A stretch of DNA of 64,000 bases from Carpediemonas membranifera BICM (taxonomy: Eukaryota; Protista; Fornicata), in contig JAHDYR010000012.1 of assembly GCA_019828565.1 (NCBI GenBank), forward strand, positions 558,001 to 622,000, given 5' to 3'. This document shows, piece after piece, positions 1-11,827 of this stretch. Under the pieces are notes generated by a model. The model searched no databases, was not told the DNA's origin, and saw nothing but the letters and a program-made list of their open reading frames with translations. A program made the position numbers and the translations under genes. Within the stretch, counting starts at the first letter, position 1. Each line of letters starts with the position of its first letter.

Positions 1-1960
1 ACCTGGGTCGGCTTTGAGACCTTCCGCAAAGTTGCATGTCGACCCATCAACTGTATCACGTAGTTGATGTCGAGCCTGGCGCACTCCGCCCTAAAACTCT
101 CCAGCGCTCTACTCTGATCGCCATCGAAGGGACGCCGCACTGTCAATGCATTGCCCTTCTCGTTACGGTAAATGTGCGTGATCATCTTCTCATCAATGTT
201 GACAAGCATGGTCGGCTTCCCTGTCATCGAAGTCCACACTCTGATTGCTTCAACGCATGCCCATCTCGTCACTGTCCCGTCACTATTGACGTGCTCAGGA
301 AACAGCTCATCCAGAAGCTCTATCTCTGTCATCTTTGAGAATACGGCCATGGTCCTTGCGTGGGCGAGGAGCGTCTGGCGGTAAGCTGTCGCCTCATCCT
401 CAGCCTTGAGCTTCTGCGACAAGGGCAATTTGCGTCTGAACGCAGTAAATGTTCTCAGACCCGACATCATCATCAGGCAGTGAATGATGCAGTTCCCATA
501 ACCCAGGGTCGGATACGTAGGCCAACCTGAACTCGGAAGCCTTGTCGTGATGATCATGTCGAATGCCACAGTTCGGTTGTAGCGGGTTGGGTCAGACCTG
601 GCGTTGACCACTCTTCCGCTCTCCTCGGTTTCACCCTCCTCCTCTGCCCCACCCTCCTCGTCTGACTCGGCCTTCTCTTCCTCCTGCTCCTCCTCTGACT
701 TACTCTTGGCCGGAGAGTGCTGTGCGATGATATCCTTCATCTCAGGCGTAAAGTTGAGGTCTATGGGGTCTGCCAGGTCATTCGGAGCGGTTGCTTGTGC
801 AGACGCTGAGCAAACATCCTCGTCGTCGCCGGAGTTGCCGCCCTCGAGGTCGCCAAAGTGCAGCTCCTCCATCAACTCATCCGCCACTGGCTCCTCTTCC
901 TCCTCTGACTCGACCTCCTCCACTGGCTCCTCTTCCTCCTCTGACTCGACCTCCTCCACTGGCTCCTCTTCCTCCTCTGACTCCTCCTCCGAGTCCTCTG
1001 GCCTGGCCTTCTCGGGCGTGATGATGAGGGCCTTGCGCTTCACAGACATGGCTGCCTGCGCCTCGTCCGTATCGCGTCGGGGACAGGAAGTCCTGGAGAC
1101 TGTGCCAGACTGTGGCGGGATGGGGCTGCATGGGAGTGATGCATCCATGGACTTGTCAGCGTCATAGGCTGCCTCTCGCTCAGCCTGCTGCTGCAGAAGG
1201 CGTCGATGCAGCGTGATGACTTCCTCACTCTTTGCCGTCAAGCTCTTCCTCAACTGCTTGACTCTCTTCTTGTATCCTCGAACAATTTTGTGATAGTAAT
1301 CGATGATAGCGCCAGTACCTGGGGGGAGCAGGGGCGTACCTTCTCCCGCGGGGGTCTCCAACCATTCCAGGGCGATGATGTACTCTTCGAAGTACGAGCG
1401 GCAGGAGTGCTTCATGTAAGCAAGGTCTGCCTCCTTGCTGCGCACCCTGGCAACCATTGCTGTGACATGGTCGCGCACAAGCGCGTTGGTGGATGTCGCG
1501 TTGCGCCACGCCCGAACCTTGACACTCAGCGCCTCTTTTTCGATACGCGCGCCCTCATTCTCCTTGGCATACTCAGCCCTCTTGGAGTTCTTGAAGGCTG
1601 TGACAGCGGCCGACTCAAACGCCTTCATCTCCTTCTCCGTGAAGGTTGCCTCGATGTTCTCGTTCGAGGTCTTATCCTGCACCTGCTGAGACAGCAATGC
1701 CTCGAGTTCTGCCTTCTTCTCGCCCTGAATCTCGAAATATGAGCACAGGTGGTTAAAGTTGATCCCTATATAAACATTTGCACCAATTACGTACCGTTCT
1801 TGACGACTATATCGAAGATATCGTTCTCGTCGAGCAATTTGTCCCGAAGAACGGCACTCTTCGCCTTGTTTGTCTTCTTCTCCTTGAATTCGGTGATAAC
1901 GGCCTCAATCACATCATCTGAGGTGCTCTCGATCCACTCGTGAAGGAATTCGAACGTCAT
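1..1960 (-). CDS. OTU-like cysteine protease gene, copy 1 (coiled-coil N-terminus, acidic linker, C-terminal OTU-like domain; 3' end runs off window). Exon 1 1960-1795, 29-nt intron 1794-1766, exon 2 1765-<1
   Basis: Manual translation of the minus strand is open to base 1. Cys motif PTLGYGNCIIHCL and His motif QLMGRHAT. Removing intron GTACGT...TATAG joins ORF 1787..2059 in frame; the nearby TTT/TTC difference versus copy 2 is synonymous in that frame. Confidence 0.7.
884..985. repeat. About three 36-bp tandem repeats encoding the acidic linker (ESEEEEEPVEEV)
   Basis: tccactggctcctcttcctcctctgactcgacctcc repeated. Confidence 0.85.
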
Positions 1961-2620
1961 TCTTCTCTTCGTTATATCCCAATAATGGACATATAACAGA
2001 GATGAGAAAATTGCCAGTAACCGTAGGCAACGGGGTGTCGGAAACGTTATACCATACAAACGGGGGATATAATCGCTCCGAAAACATCCATTATGTGGAC
2101 TGAATGGCGATATAACGTATGGGGAGTGATCCGACGAGCTTTCGGGCGGTGCAGGCTAAGACACACCAAGTCTGTGGTGCTATAACGTACCTCGGGACGC
2201 ACTGTGGAGGCCCCTAGAGTACTCGGTCATGGCATGTCAGACCAAGGGTCCCTCAAATCTGGCCCCATTCAGGATGCTCCCCCTAAATGTTCCGTTGCAA
2301 GCGTCTGACGGAGGTTCTCTGGATACCGACCAAGATGGAGGTCACGTGAATCAACGGACGATAATTGCGGTATTCTGGCCATGCCTGGTACTTTCAAATC
2401 AGCTGTACTGATCTATGCTCCATTTATAGTTCATATCGTATGGTCCTGGTGGACTTATAGTTGTTGATGTTGTTTAGGGATAATTGTTGCTTTAATGATG
2501 CTCTGCGCCCGCATACTGATGTTTCTTAGTGTTGTACACATGCCTACTACGTTAAAGCCGCCAGTATTCTTTCTATTCTTAAGTTCGCCATTTCAATCTC
2601 GTTGCGAGCATAAAGTGCAC
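970..2620. repeat. Near-identical duplication of ~9722-11370
   Basis: Direct comparison, offset 8752; homology ends at cgagcataaagtgc. Confidence 0.95.
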
Positions 2621-3088
2621 ATTGTGAAAGGAAAGTGGGTGGTTATCTAATGGATACAGGGCAGGAAAAGGTACACGAATGCCGTCCTGAGGTTTGGCAT
2701 GGGATACTGATCTCATACGTCAAAAATGGGCGGTGGTATTCGAATTTCAGAATTTCGGCATGTCCGAATTCCGAGGCAAGCGGGAGGGTGTACAAAACCT
2801 GGCCTGGGTACCTATTAGAGCGAATAGAGAATGGCAGCACCATGGATTCGGTTTTCAGAATAATAATTGCATTTGGATCGCCATTTCAGAATTACTTCCA
2901 GCACCGGAGATTATCATTAAATCTGGGAGTGTAACAACACTTTTAAAAAATGAAAGGTCCCCATTCACCCACTCAGGCCCCAGATCACGTATCTGAGCTC
3001 AGTTTGGGTCAATTCCCAATACTTTAGAGTTTTGTATGGTCGAAATTCTGGAATAGCAATCCAAACTGAAGCAGCAAAAACTCATCCC

Positions 3089-4451
3089 ATGGAGGCTGTA
3101 GCGGCAATAGACGAAGATATCATGAAGCGTTGGTTGAAGAATGTTCCAACCAAATCGCGTACGAACTACAACAAGCTTCTGAAAGACGTTTTGGCCAGAA
3201 TTTGTCAGGAAACCGCCACAGATATCCAGAAGGGCATCGCGATTGTTCGTAGTGACGAGCTGGTAACCCATTTGCGCCGGTACCTCGCTGAGAAGCCTCT
3301 GGGGACGCAGAAGAAGATCGTTTCGGCTGTTCAGTCTTTCCGGAACTTCGACTTGCCACACCCCGCGAAGCCGTTGTCCTGGAAAGAGGAGGAAGAGGTG
3401 TCGCCTGCATCAGTTGAGAGTCTCCCCAGCCCGTATGGCGCCATTGCCATTCTGCTCAACCAGACGGGCTGGGAGTATTCGTATCTCCAAGGTAATCTCC
3501 CCGATGCGATAGACCTTACCTCGTGCCCGAGCTGGATGGGCTTTGGCACGCTCAAATCGGGATTCCCGCAGGCCAGTGCTGTATCGGAGGCGCTCAAGGT
3601 TCAGGGGTTGACGGTTCGCATGCTTCGCTTTGCGCAGCGGATCGACGTGTCCACCGATAGGATGCAGTCTATCGGCACGCTAGAGCGCCGCGGCAGACCG
3701 CGGGAGAAGCCTCAGAAGGTCATTAAGGACAAGCGCATCAGCCTGACCGATGAGCAGTTCAGGCACCAGTTGGCGTCCAGTCACTTAACGACCACGCGGC
3801 GCCCAACGATCCTCGATCTCAACCCGGAGATCCGAAGCTCTGCTGACCTGGTGCCGCCGACGCTCGATGACTGGCTTTACAACAAGCTCAGGATTAGGAT
3901 GGTCCAGCTCCACGACCAGCGTAAGCCCGAGGGGGGGCGACACGGGGGAGGGTGAGTCTGACGATGAGGCGCTGTTTGACGAGACAGCTGGCGAGGCAGA
4001 GATGCCGGAGACCGCAGTGGAGGGCGAGTTTGACGATGAGGCCGGGTTGGAGATGCTGGAAGGAGAGTGGGAGGATGAGGAGAGTTCAGACAGCGATGCC
4101 GAGGATAGCCTCGTCGACAACCTGTCATTTCTTCAGTCACAACAGGTTGAGTGTGATATGTCTGAGAGAGATACCGATGAGGGTGTCCGTAGCGGGGCCA
4201 ATGGAAGTGGGCTCGCTCCGCTCTATGACGCTATGAAGACCAGGGAGCCCAGCAGACGCATTCGCCTTCGCCGCTATCACGAGAGCGAGTCAGACTTGGG
4301 CAGCAGCAGCGACAGCGAGGACGGGATGCCGAAGCTGCCCGTTGAGGCCTTTGAGCACATCCGTGATGCCGGGATGACAACTGTGAGGCTGACGAGGGCC
4401 GAGTATGACGACGTGATGGAGAAGAGAGAGCAGGAAAAGCACCAGAAGTAA
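3089..4451 (+). pseudogene. Tyrosine-recombinase-like protein (catalytic residues degenerate) with AT-hook-like RGRPR and acidic tail, copy 1; +1 frameshift in G-run near 3931-3937
   Basis: ORFs 3032..3955 and 3867..4451 join into one protein colinear with 11828..13216; one extra G relative to that copy. Confidence 0.6.
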
Positions 4452-4581
4452 ATGGCGAGTGATTATCAACTGGATGCAGAGGCTGAGCGGCGTAACTAGC
4501 CTGCCAGGGTCCTTGTACACAGTATGTGTCTTGGCCAAGCTTGAATTCGTCGGTTGGCCGAAAAAGCATAAACTGCACGGG

Positions 4582-4610
4582 TCCAGGTCGGCAACCGTTG
4601 CCGACCTGGA
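4582..4610. other. Perfect 14-bp inverted repeat with 1-nt spacer (second copy 5678-5706)
   Basis: tccaggtcggcaac-c-gttgccgacctgga. Confidence 0.9.
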
Positions 4611-4892
4611 AGCCGCTCCTTGGGCGTTGAAGAACAGAAGAGAAAGCGATCAGCGATGCTTTTATGCAGTATTAAGCAGGTTGTGCGCGTCAAATGTCCG
4701 GTAATGCATTCGTCACCATCTAATCAACATCAACTCTTTTTCTCGGCAATGCAGAGGAGAATGCCCGTCACTAAAGGATGATTTGGTACTGAATAAACAT
4801 TATAATGAGACTGGAATGCTTGTGGACACGAAAACAGCAATGACAACATCGGGAGCAAGACAAGAAGATGATTCAGATTTATGAGGGAGAGG

Positions 4893-4945
4893 ACGCCAGG
4901 GATGACGGCGCCAGGGATGAGGCGCCAGGATGAGGGCGCCAGGAT
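4893..4945. repeat. Minisatellite (ggcgccagg(g)atga)n; inverted copy at 14477-14562
   Basis: Seen directly. Confidence 0.85.
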
Positions 4946-4951
4946 TACCTT

Positions 4952-5882
4952 AAGCTCTGCCGACCTGGTGGCTTTACAAAAAGCTCAGGATGAGGATGGT
5001 CCAGCTCCACGACCAGCGTAATCCCGATGGGGTCGACACGGGGGAGGGTGAGTCTGACGATGAGGCGCTGTTTGACGAGACAGCTGGCGAGGCAGAGATG
5101 CCGGAGACCGCAGTGGAGGGCGAGTTTGACGATGAGGCCGGGTTGGAGATGCTGGAAGGAGAGTGGGAGGATGAGGAGAGTTCAGACAGCGATGCCGAGG
5201 ATAGCCTCGTCGACAACCTGTCATTTCTTCAGTCACAACAGGTTGAGTGTGATATGTCTGAGAGAGATACCGATGAGGGTGTCCGTAGCGGGGCCAATGG
5301 AAGTGGGCTCGCTCCGCTCTATGACGCTATGAAGACCAGGGAGCCCAGCAGACGCATTCGCCTTCGCCGCTATCACGAGAGCGAGTCAGACTTGGGCAGC
5401 AGCAGCGACAGCGAGGACGGGATGCCGAAGCTGCCCGTTGAGGCCTTTGAGCACATCCGTGATGCCGGGATGACAACTGTGAGGCTGACGAGGGCCGAGT
5501 ATGACGACGTGATGGAGAAGAGAGAGCAGGAAAAGCACCAGAAGTAAATGGCGAGTGATTATCAACTGGATGCAGAGGCTGAGCGGCGTAACTAGCCTGC
5601 CAGGGTCCTTGTACACAGTATGTGTCTTGGCCAAGCTTGAATTCGTCGGTTGGCCGAAAAAGCATAAACTGCACGGGTCCAGGTCGGCAACCGTTGCCGA
5701 CCTGGAAGCCGCTCCTTGGGCGTTGAAGAACAGAAGAGAAAGCGATCAGCGATGCGTTTATGCAGTATTAAGCAGGTTGTGCGCGTCAAATGTCCGGTAA
5801 TGCATTCGTCACCATCTAATCAACATCAACTCTTTTTCTCGGCAATGCAGAGGAGAATGCCCGTCACTAAAGGATGATTTGG
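4952..5882 (+). repeat. Tandem duplicate of 3835-4786 (acidic C-terminal half of the YR-like gene plus 3' flank; ORF 4990..5547)
   Basis: Near-identical sequence, mostly at offset 1096. Confidence 0.95.
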
Positions 5883-6173
5883 AACTAACAGGCTTTAATA
5901 AGCATGTCAAGCCTGTGATCACGATAACAGCCTTCAATAACTACATCAAGGCAAATACATCAAGAAGATTGTTTAAAGAGACGGCGGGGAGCAAGATGCA
6001 GGGAGAGCGGCAGGGAAACGAAGGCATGGGGACAGGAGCCCGAGAAGAGCGCCTGGAGAACGGTGAGGAAGAACGGCGGGGAAGAGCAGCCGGGCGCATG
6101 GGTACACACATCTGTCATCATGTGGCATCAACATTGCCACAGTGGTCAACTCAATAACAAGCAATGTCTTCAT

Positions 6174-6875
6174 TTACTCACTGTTCTGGATCACCAATTC
6201 GTACGACGAGTAACAGTCGGGACAGAGCCGAATCTTGGGAATCGACTTGCCACAGATGACAATCTTCAGCAGCTCCATCTGTACGCAGTTGGCAGAGTTA
6301 CAGAACCAGTGCCCGCACTGCCTACAGTGCACGGCTGAGTCGTTGCGTCGGCATGCGTAACACTTCTTCTCATTGAGGCAATAGCTACACGTGTATTTCC
6401 AGCGACCCTTAGTGGACTCGGCCCAGTTCTTGTTCTTTCCAGTCTTAGGCCGGGGAGGGACACAGCGTGAGTTGTCGTGGAAGTTCACTTTGCATTCCTG
6501 GCAAGTCACAAACTTTGACGTCACGCGATTGTCGATCCAGTCCAGACTGTTGCAATGGCCGCAACAGAAACAAAGCAGCCTATTCTGAATGTCGAGAATC
6601 GAGAAAGAATCATCACCGACCTCAGACACATCGTCATCGTTGTCCCCTTGGCTGGCCAGACGTGCCTCCACGGTGGCGAGCCTCTGATCGACACTCATCG
6701 CGACACGGTGAACATCGTGCAGCACAATCGACTCGCGAGGCGCTTGAGGGGAAGCTGGAGAGGGAACCGAAGTGGGACCGGACGATGAGTGCAGGAAAGG
6801 CTCACTTTTCACGCAAAGCTCTTGCTTCACGTGTGTAAGGGCGGGGGTGGCAGGGTTGGGGATTTCAACTGTTCT
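6174..6875 (-). pseudogene. 3' part of PHD/zinc-finger gene interrupted by the 6876-16104 transposon
   Basis: CFCCGHC...CQECKVNFH...C...WKYTCSYC is PHD-like (C4HC3), followed by a second Cys cluster CYAC...CRQCGHWFCN...CPDC. Frame rejoins the segment ending at 16105 once element and TSD are removed. Confidence 0.7.
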
Positions 6876-6949
6876 CATACTGTCAATTCCTTGACTTCAA
6901 GTCAAGTTTTTGTGACTTAAAGTCAAGGCCAAAACTTGACTTTAAGTCA
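6876..6949 (+). repeat. Left TIR with three TGACTT-N-AAGTCA palindromes
   Basis: Reverse complement of 16031-16104. Confidence 0.95.
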
Positions 6950-7131
6950 AGACGTTTGAATTAATCAGAGGAACCAGGCTCTGTCAGTAAATAAGAATGG
7001 TATGGCTGGGTAGCAGTACTAGTTCTCTATTCACTGCATTGATGGCTAACTGTGGGCTAAGCTGTGACCTGAGTATGGGTGACTTCTTCTTGACGACGAG
7101 AGCCATTTTTTTCAAGTTCGACCACTTTGGC

Positions 7132-7214
7132 TCTGTCCCCTTCGCAGTTTTTTGCAGGATCTGATCTACACCAGTAGTGCTTGTGATCCAACAAAAATCT
7201 GCGAAGGGGACAGA
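7132..7214. other. Long fold-back (16-bp perfect outer stem)
   Basis: tctgtccccttcgcag ... ctgcgaaggggacaga, with inner ggatc/gatcc and ctac/gtag pairs. Confidence 0.8.
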
Positions 7215-8624
7215 ACAGATCTCGAGATTTTTAGCAAAAGACTCGGGCCGAGTCGAGAGGCGTTATTGATGAGCGCACAGCTCAGGGAATTTTTCTACGC
7301 TGCAACTAAAAACCAAGAGGCCGAGTAAACACAAGTATTACTACACGATGATGCCCAGACCGTCGTGTAAGGAGAACATTCTTGGGCGGTCAACGCGAAG
7401 AAAAAGTTAAAGTTATTGGAATTAAAAAGACGGCAATGTACTCGCCCTTGGCTGAAACCTCAGGCATAATGGTTTCAGGTGTGAACTCTTCCAATTGGGG
7501 GAGTTATTGTTATTGTTCAGTTTAAGGTCACGCCGCCTGCATGAAAAAAAATGGTAATGACGGAAGCAATGTCGGATATATCCAGAAATGACTGTGATAG
7601 AGCTCATAGCAAGACAGCATTCGAGATATTTGCCCATCTGAGCATGCTTTCGCTCATTCTAGATGGCATAAGCCTCTTTTCCCACAACTAATCAATATCA
7701 AGTCGGCTTTTTACTCAGTATCGCTCGCTCAGACATCTGAAACGTCCCCATTGGCAATATAACACTGCTGGAACAGTGAAGTGGCGAGCATAGAGTTCTA
7801 TTGATGACGAAAGGTTGCGACCGGCAAGCGCCTGGTTCATACGGCCATTTGGGGCGGTGCGAGAGCCAATCTCGTTAATGAAAGGTAAGATGATGCGCGC
7901 ATGAGTGTTTGTAGGGTCACTAACGACCTTAATGACGAGTTAGGACGTGTGTGGCAGGGCCGTGCGCTGCCGGAATACAAAGGGCAGATTCGCCCCGTTG
8001 ATTCCAGAAGCTCGCCGCTCTTCCACGCACGATAGTCAATACAGGGATAGATACACATCTGGACCTCTTTTATACAGCCAACCAGGCTCCGCATAAACTG
8101 CGCATTTCAGATGACGCCCGATGAAGAAAAACACACGAGCGACGCCGGTATCGCCGGCGAAACGTATAGCATTAACGATTGAAGGGAGAATTGGAGCTAG
8201 ACGTTGTTTATGGGATTCAACGAGCGCACTTCATTGATTCTCGCATTGATGGTGAATTAGAGCAGATGAAGCGCTGCACGGCAAGGATCAAGACATTTTG
8301 TTCATACTACATAGCAAATTACAACGAGTTTTCGATGTGAATAGATCTGTAAATAGAGAGAAACCTGTAGCAGCCGATAAACACTGTCAGTCAACAGCCC
8401 AACCGAAGACACGCCAAAACACAAGCACAAGTCAGTTTTACTCAGTTTGATTCCCGCAATTGCAGAGTAGTTCTCATGGCAGTCTTTGCAGAGATTGCAG
8501 AGATGATGGGGTGGGAGACACTCGATATTTGCATTTGTAGATGAGTTGGAGATAAATGTAGTCACTGACGCTAATCACCTTTTGCAATGACACGGATGAC
8601 GGAGTTCGTCATTCAATCTCGTTG

Positions 8625-8880
8625 CGAGCCATAAAGTGCACCAATAGTGGGAACCGACTTCCCACTATTTTCTCAGTGCCAATGAGCTATAGAGCTTTAT
8701 TGAGGATATAAGCTTGCATAATAACACATCAATAGCGTCTGACGGCCGCTATGGCCCATGATACTCATTAACAACATCAAACGAGTCAAAGGAACCACGA
8801 AACCACACAAGGAACGAGCTAGAAGAAACGATAGGAACTTTAATTGCATAAACAACATCAATACTGCCACCAGCTGTCCA
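8625..8880 (+). repeat. About 256-bp direct repeat (second copy 13357-13612) flanking the OTU + YR-like module; contains an 11-bp-stem hairpin (8643-8669)
   Basis: Near-identical copies; aatagtgggaa-ccgac-ttcccactatt. Confidence 0.92.
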
Positions 8881-8952
8881 GTCAGCGCCCCAAAGCCAAC
8901 AGCACCACGGCAGCACCACGACGCCACCGCAATTCATTCATTTACTACTGAC

Positions 8953-10712
8953 TCATTCCACAAAATAACAGTCATCCTCTGTGTTCTGTTGGGCAGACAG
9001 GTGCGATTCTGCCTTCCTCAGCTCAACAGGTGTTGCATGGTACACTTCCGCGTGTGCTGTGACGTCAGTTGGCGTGCCGGAGATATAAATGTAGTCATTG
9101 ACGCCAATCACGTTTGCAATGACACGGATGACGGACATGCTCGCATTAGTGTTTGTCAGGGTGATGTAACCCTTGTCTCTACCCTGGAAGAAGACGATTG
9201 TGCCGTCCTGGATGGATGCAATGGGCACGTTGTGAATCTGTGACCAGACCTGAATTGCGGTGTCCCGGCAGTATGGAAGACTGTCGTTCTTGCCACCCTT
9301 GCCTGTTGAACTGGCATGGCTGTAAAAGAGCTGATAGTCTGCCGGAAGTAGGTCGCGCTTCTGCATAATCCCTGCAGCAGCTTGAAGCTGCTCACGCCAA
9401 TCTGTTGTCGGTACGTCACGCTCGTTAGACACATGCCTGAGGCAGTGGCCAACACAGTCACCATCGCCTGGGGGGTTGTACGGCTTGAACTTCGACCGGA
9501 GGTGACGTGTGAACTCGTCCAGGCAGTCCTCTCTCTCCTCGGTCTGGACATCCTTGTCATCTGTCGGGGTACGGTCGTCACCTTCGTTCATCTCAGTTCC
9601 AGTCTCGCAGGTCACAGGTCTGGCCTTCTCGGGCTCAGTCTGGATACAGGCGTCGCATTTGGTCACGTCCTCCTCATCTGACTCACCCTTCTTCTCAACA
9701 GTCACCTCCTCCTCTATCTCCTCCTCCTCTGACTCCTCCTCCGAGTCCTCTGGCCTGGCCTTCTCGGGCGTGATGATGAGGGCCTTGCGCTTCACAGACA
9801 TGGAGGCCTCGGGCTCGTCCGTATCGCGTCGGGGACAGGAAGTCCTGGAGACTGTGCCAGACTGTGGCGGGATGGGGCTGCATGGGAGTGATGCATCCAT
9901 GGACTTGTCAGCGTCATAGGCTGCCTCTCGCTCAGCCTGCTGCTGCAGAAGGCGTCGATGCAGCGTGATGACTTCCTCACTCTTTGCCGTCAAGCTCTTC
10001 CTCAACTGCTTGACTCTCTTCTTGTATCCTCGAACAATTTTGTGATAGTAATCGATGATAGCGCCAGTACCTGGGGGGAGCAGGGGCGTACCTTCTCCCG
10101 CGGGGGTCTCCAACCATTCCAGGGCGATGATGTACTCTTCGAAGTACGAGCGGCAGGAGTGCTTCATGTAAGCAAGGTCTGCCTCCTTGCTGCGCACCCT
10201 GGCAACCATTGCTGTGACATGGTCGCGCACAAGCGCGTTGGTGGATGTCGCGTTGCGCCACGCCCGAACCTTGACACTCAGCGCCTCTTTTTCGATACGC
10301 GCGCCCTCATTCTCCTTGGCATACTCAGCCCTCTTGGAGTTCTTGAAGGCTGTGACAGCGGCCGACTCAAACGCCTTCATCTCCTTCTCCGTGAAGGTTG
10401 CCTCGATGATCTCGTTCGAGGTCTTATCCTGCACCTGCTGAGACAGCAATGCCTCGAGTTCTGCCTTCTTCTCGCCCTGAATCTCGAAATATGAGCACAG
10501 GTGGTTGAAGTTGATCCCTATATAAACATTTGCACCAATTACGTACCGTTCTTGACGACTATATCGAAGATATCGTTCTCGTCGAGCAATTTGTCCCGAA
10601 GAACGGCACTCTTCGCCTTGTTTGTCTTCTTCTCCTTGAATTCGGTGATAACGGCCTCAATCACATCATCTGAGGTGCTCTCGATCCACTCGTGAAGGAA
10701 TTCGAACGTCAT
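8953..10712 (-). CDS. OTU-like cysteine protease gene, copy 2. Exon 1 10712-10547, 29-nt intron 10546-10518, exon 2 10517-8953
   Basis: PPGDGDCVGHCL (OTU D-x-x-C) and EVYHATP; N-terminal half near-identical to copy 1. Confidence 0.72.
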
Positions 10713-11827
10713 TCTTCTCTTCGTTATATCCCAATAATGGACATATAACAGAGATGAGAAAATTGCCAGTAACCGTAGGCAACGGGGTGTCGGAAACGTT
10801 ATACCATACAAACGGGGGATATAATCGCTCCGAGAACACCCATTATGTGGACTGAATGGCGATATAACGTATGGGGAGTGATCCGGCGAGCTTTCGGGCG
10901 GTGCAGGCTAAGACACACCAAGTCTGTGGTGCTATAACGTACCTCGGGACGCACTGTGGAGGCCCCTAGAGTACTCGGTCATGGCATGTCAGACCAAGGG
11001 TCCCTCAAATCTGGCCCCATTCAGGATGCTCCCCCTAAATGTTCCGTTGCAAGCGTCTGACGGGCGTTCTCTGGATACCGACCAAGATGGAGGTCACGTG
11101 GATCAACGGACGATAATTGCGGTATTCTGGCCATGCCTGGTACTCTCAAATCATCTATACTGCTCTGTGGTTCATTTATTGTTCATATCGTATGGTCCTG
11201 ATGGACTTATGATGATTGATGTTGTTTAGGGATTATTGTTGCTTTAGTGATGCTCTGCGCCCGCTTACTGATGTTTCTTAGTGTTGTGCACATGCCTACT
11301 ACGTTAAAGCCGCCAGTATTCTTTCTATTCTTAAGTTCGCCATTTCAATCTCGTTGCGAGCATAAAGTGCGCGAATGCGCGGGTCAGTTCCCCCGTTTTC
11401 AGCGAAGCTGATGCGACAACACAGAGGCAAGCGAATCCTTACACCTCAGGCGTCGCCAGGAAGCCGTTGTCTGCCATGAACACTAAGCAGTGGTGAGATA
11501 AACGGAATTCAGACTTTCTGCCTGCACGACCTCAAATTTTGACTCCCCTCGGCACCGAAAAGGCACCTATATCCATGAATACCCTCTACAGTGATGTATC
11601 CACCCGATAAATGGATTTCAAATTTGTCGGGTCTCATGATAAATGGATTTCAGACTTTCGTACTGTTGGCCATCTGAGAATTTATGAACGACCTCTAGAA
11701 TATTTTGAAATGCAAGAACGTGCCTATGGCACTCTTTTGTACCCCTGAACACGCTTTGACCACTGTTTTGGGCATTTGGAGAGATTCGAATTTTTGTGCA
11801 TGACGAAAGTCTGAAATCCGTATATCG

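Noticed and set aside
6876-6949. CRISPR-like palindromic repeats
   Set aside because: Only three 13-bp words with 8-11-nt gaps, inside a TIR; no cas genes; eukaryotic context
8643-8669. Helitron 3' hairpin
   Set aside because: No CTRR end at the expected distance and no RepHel gene
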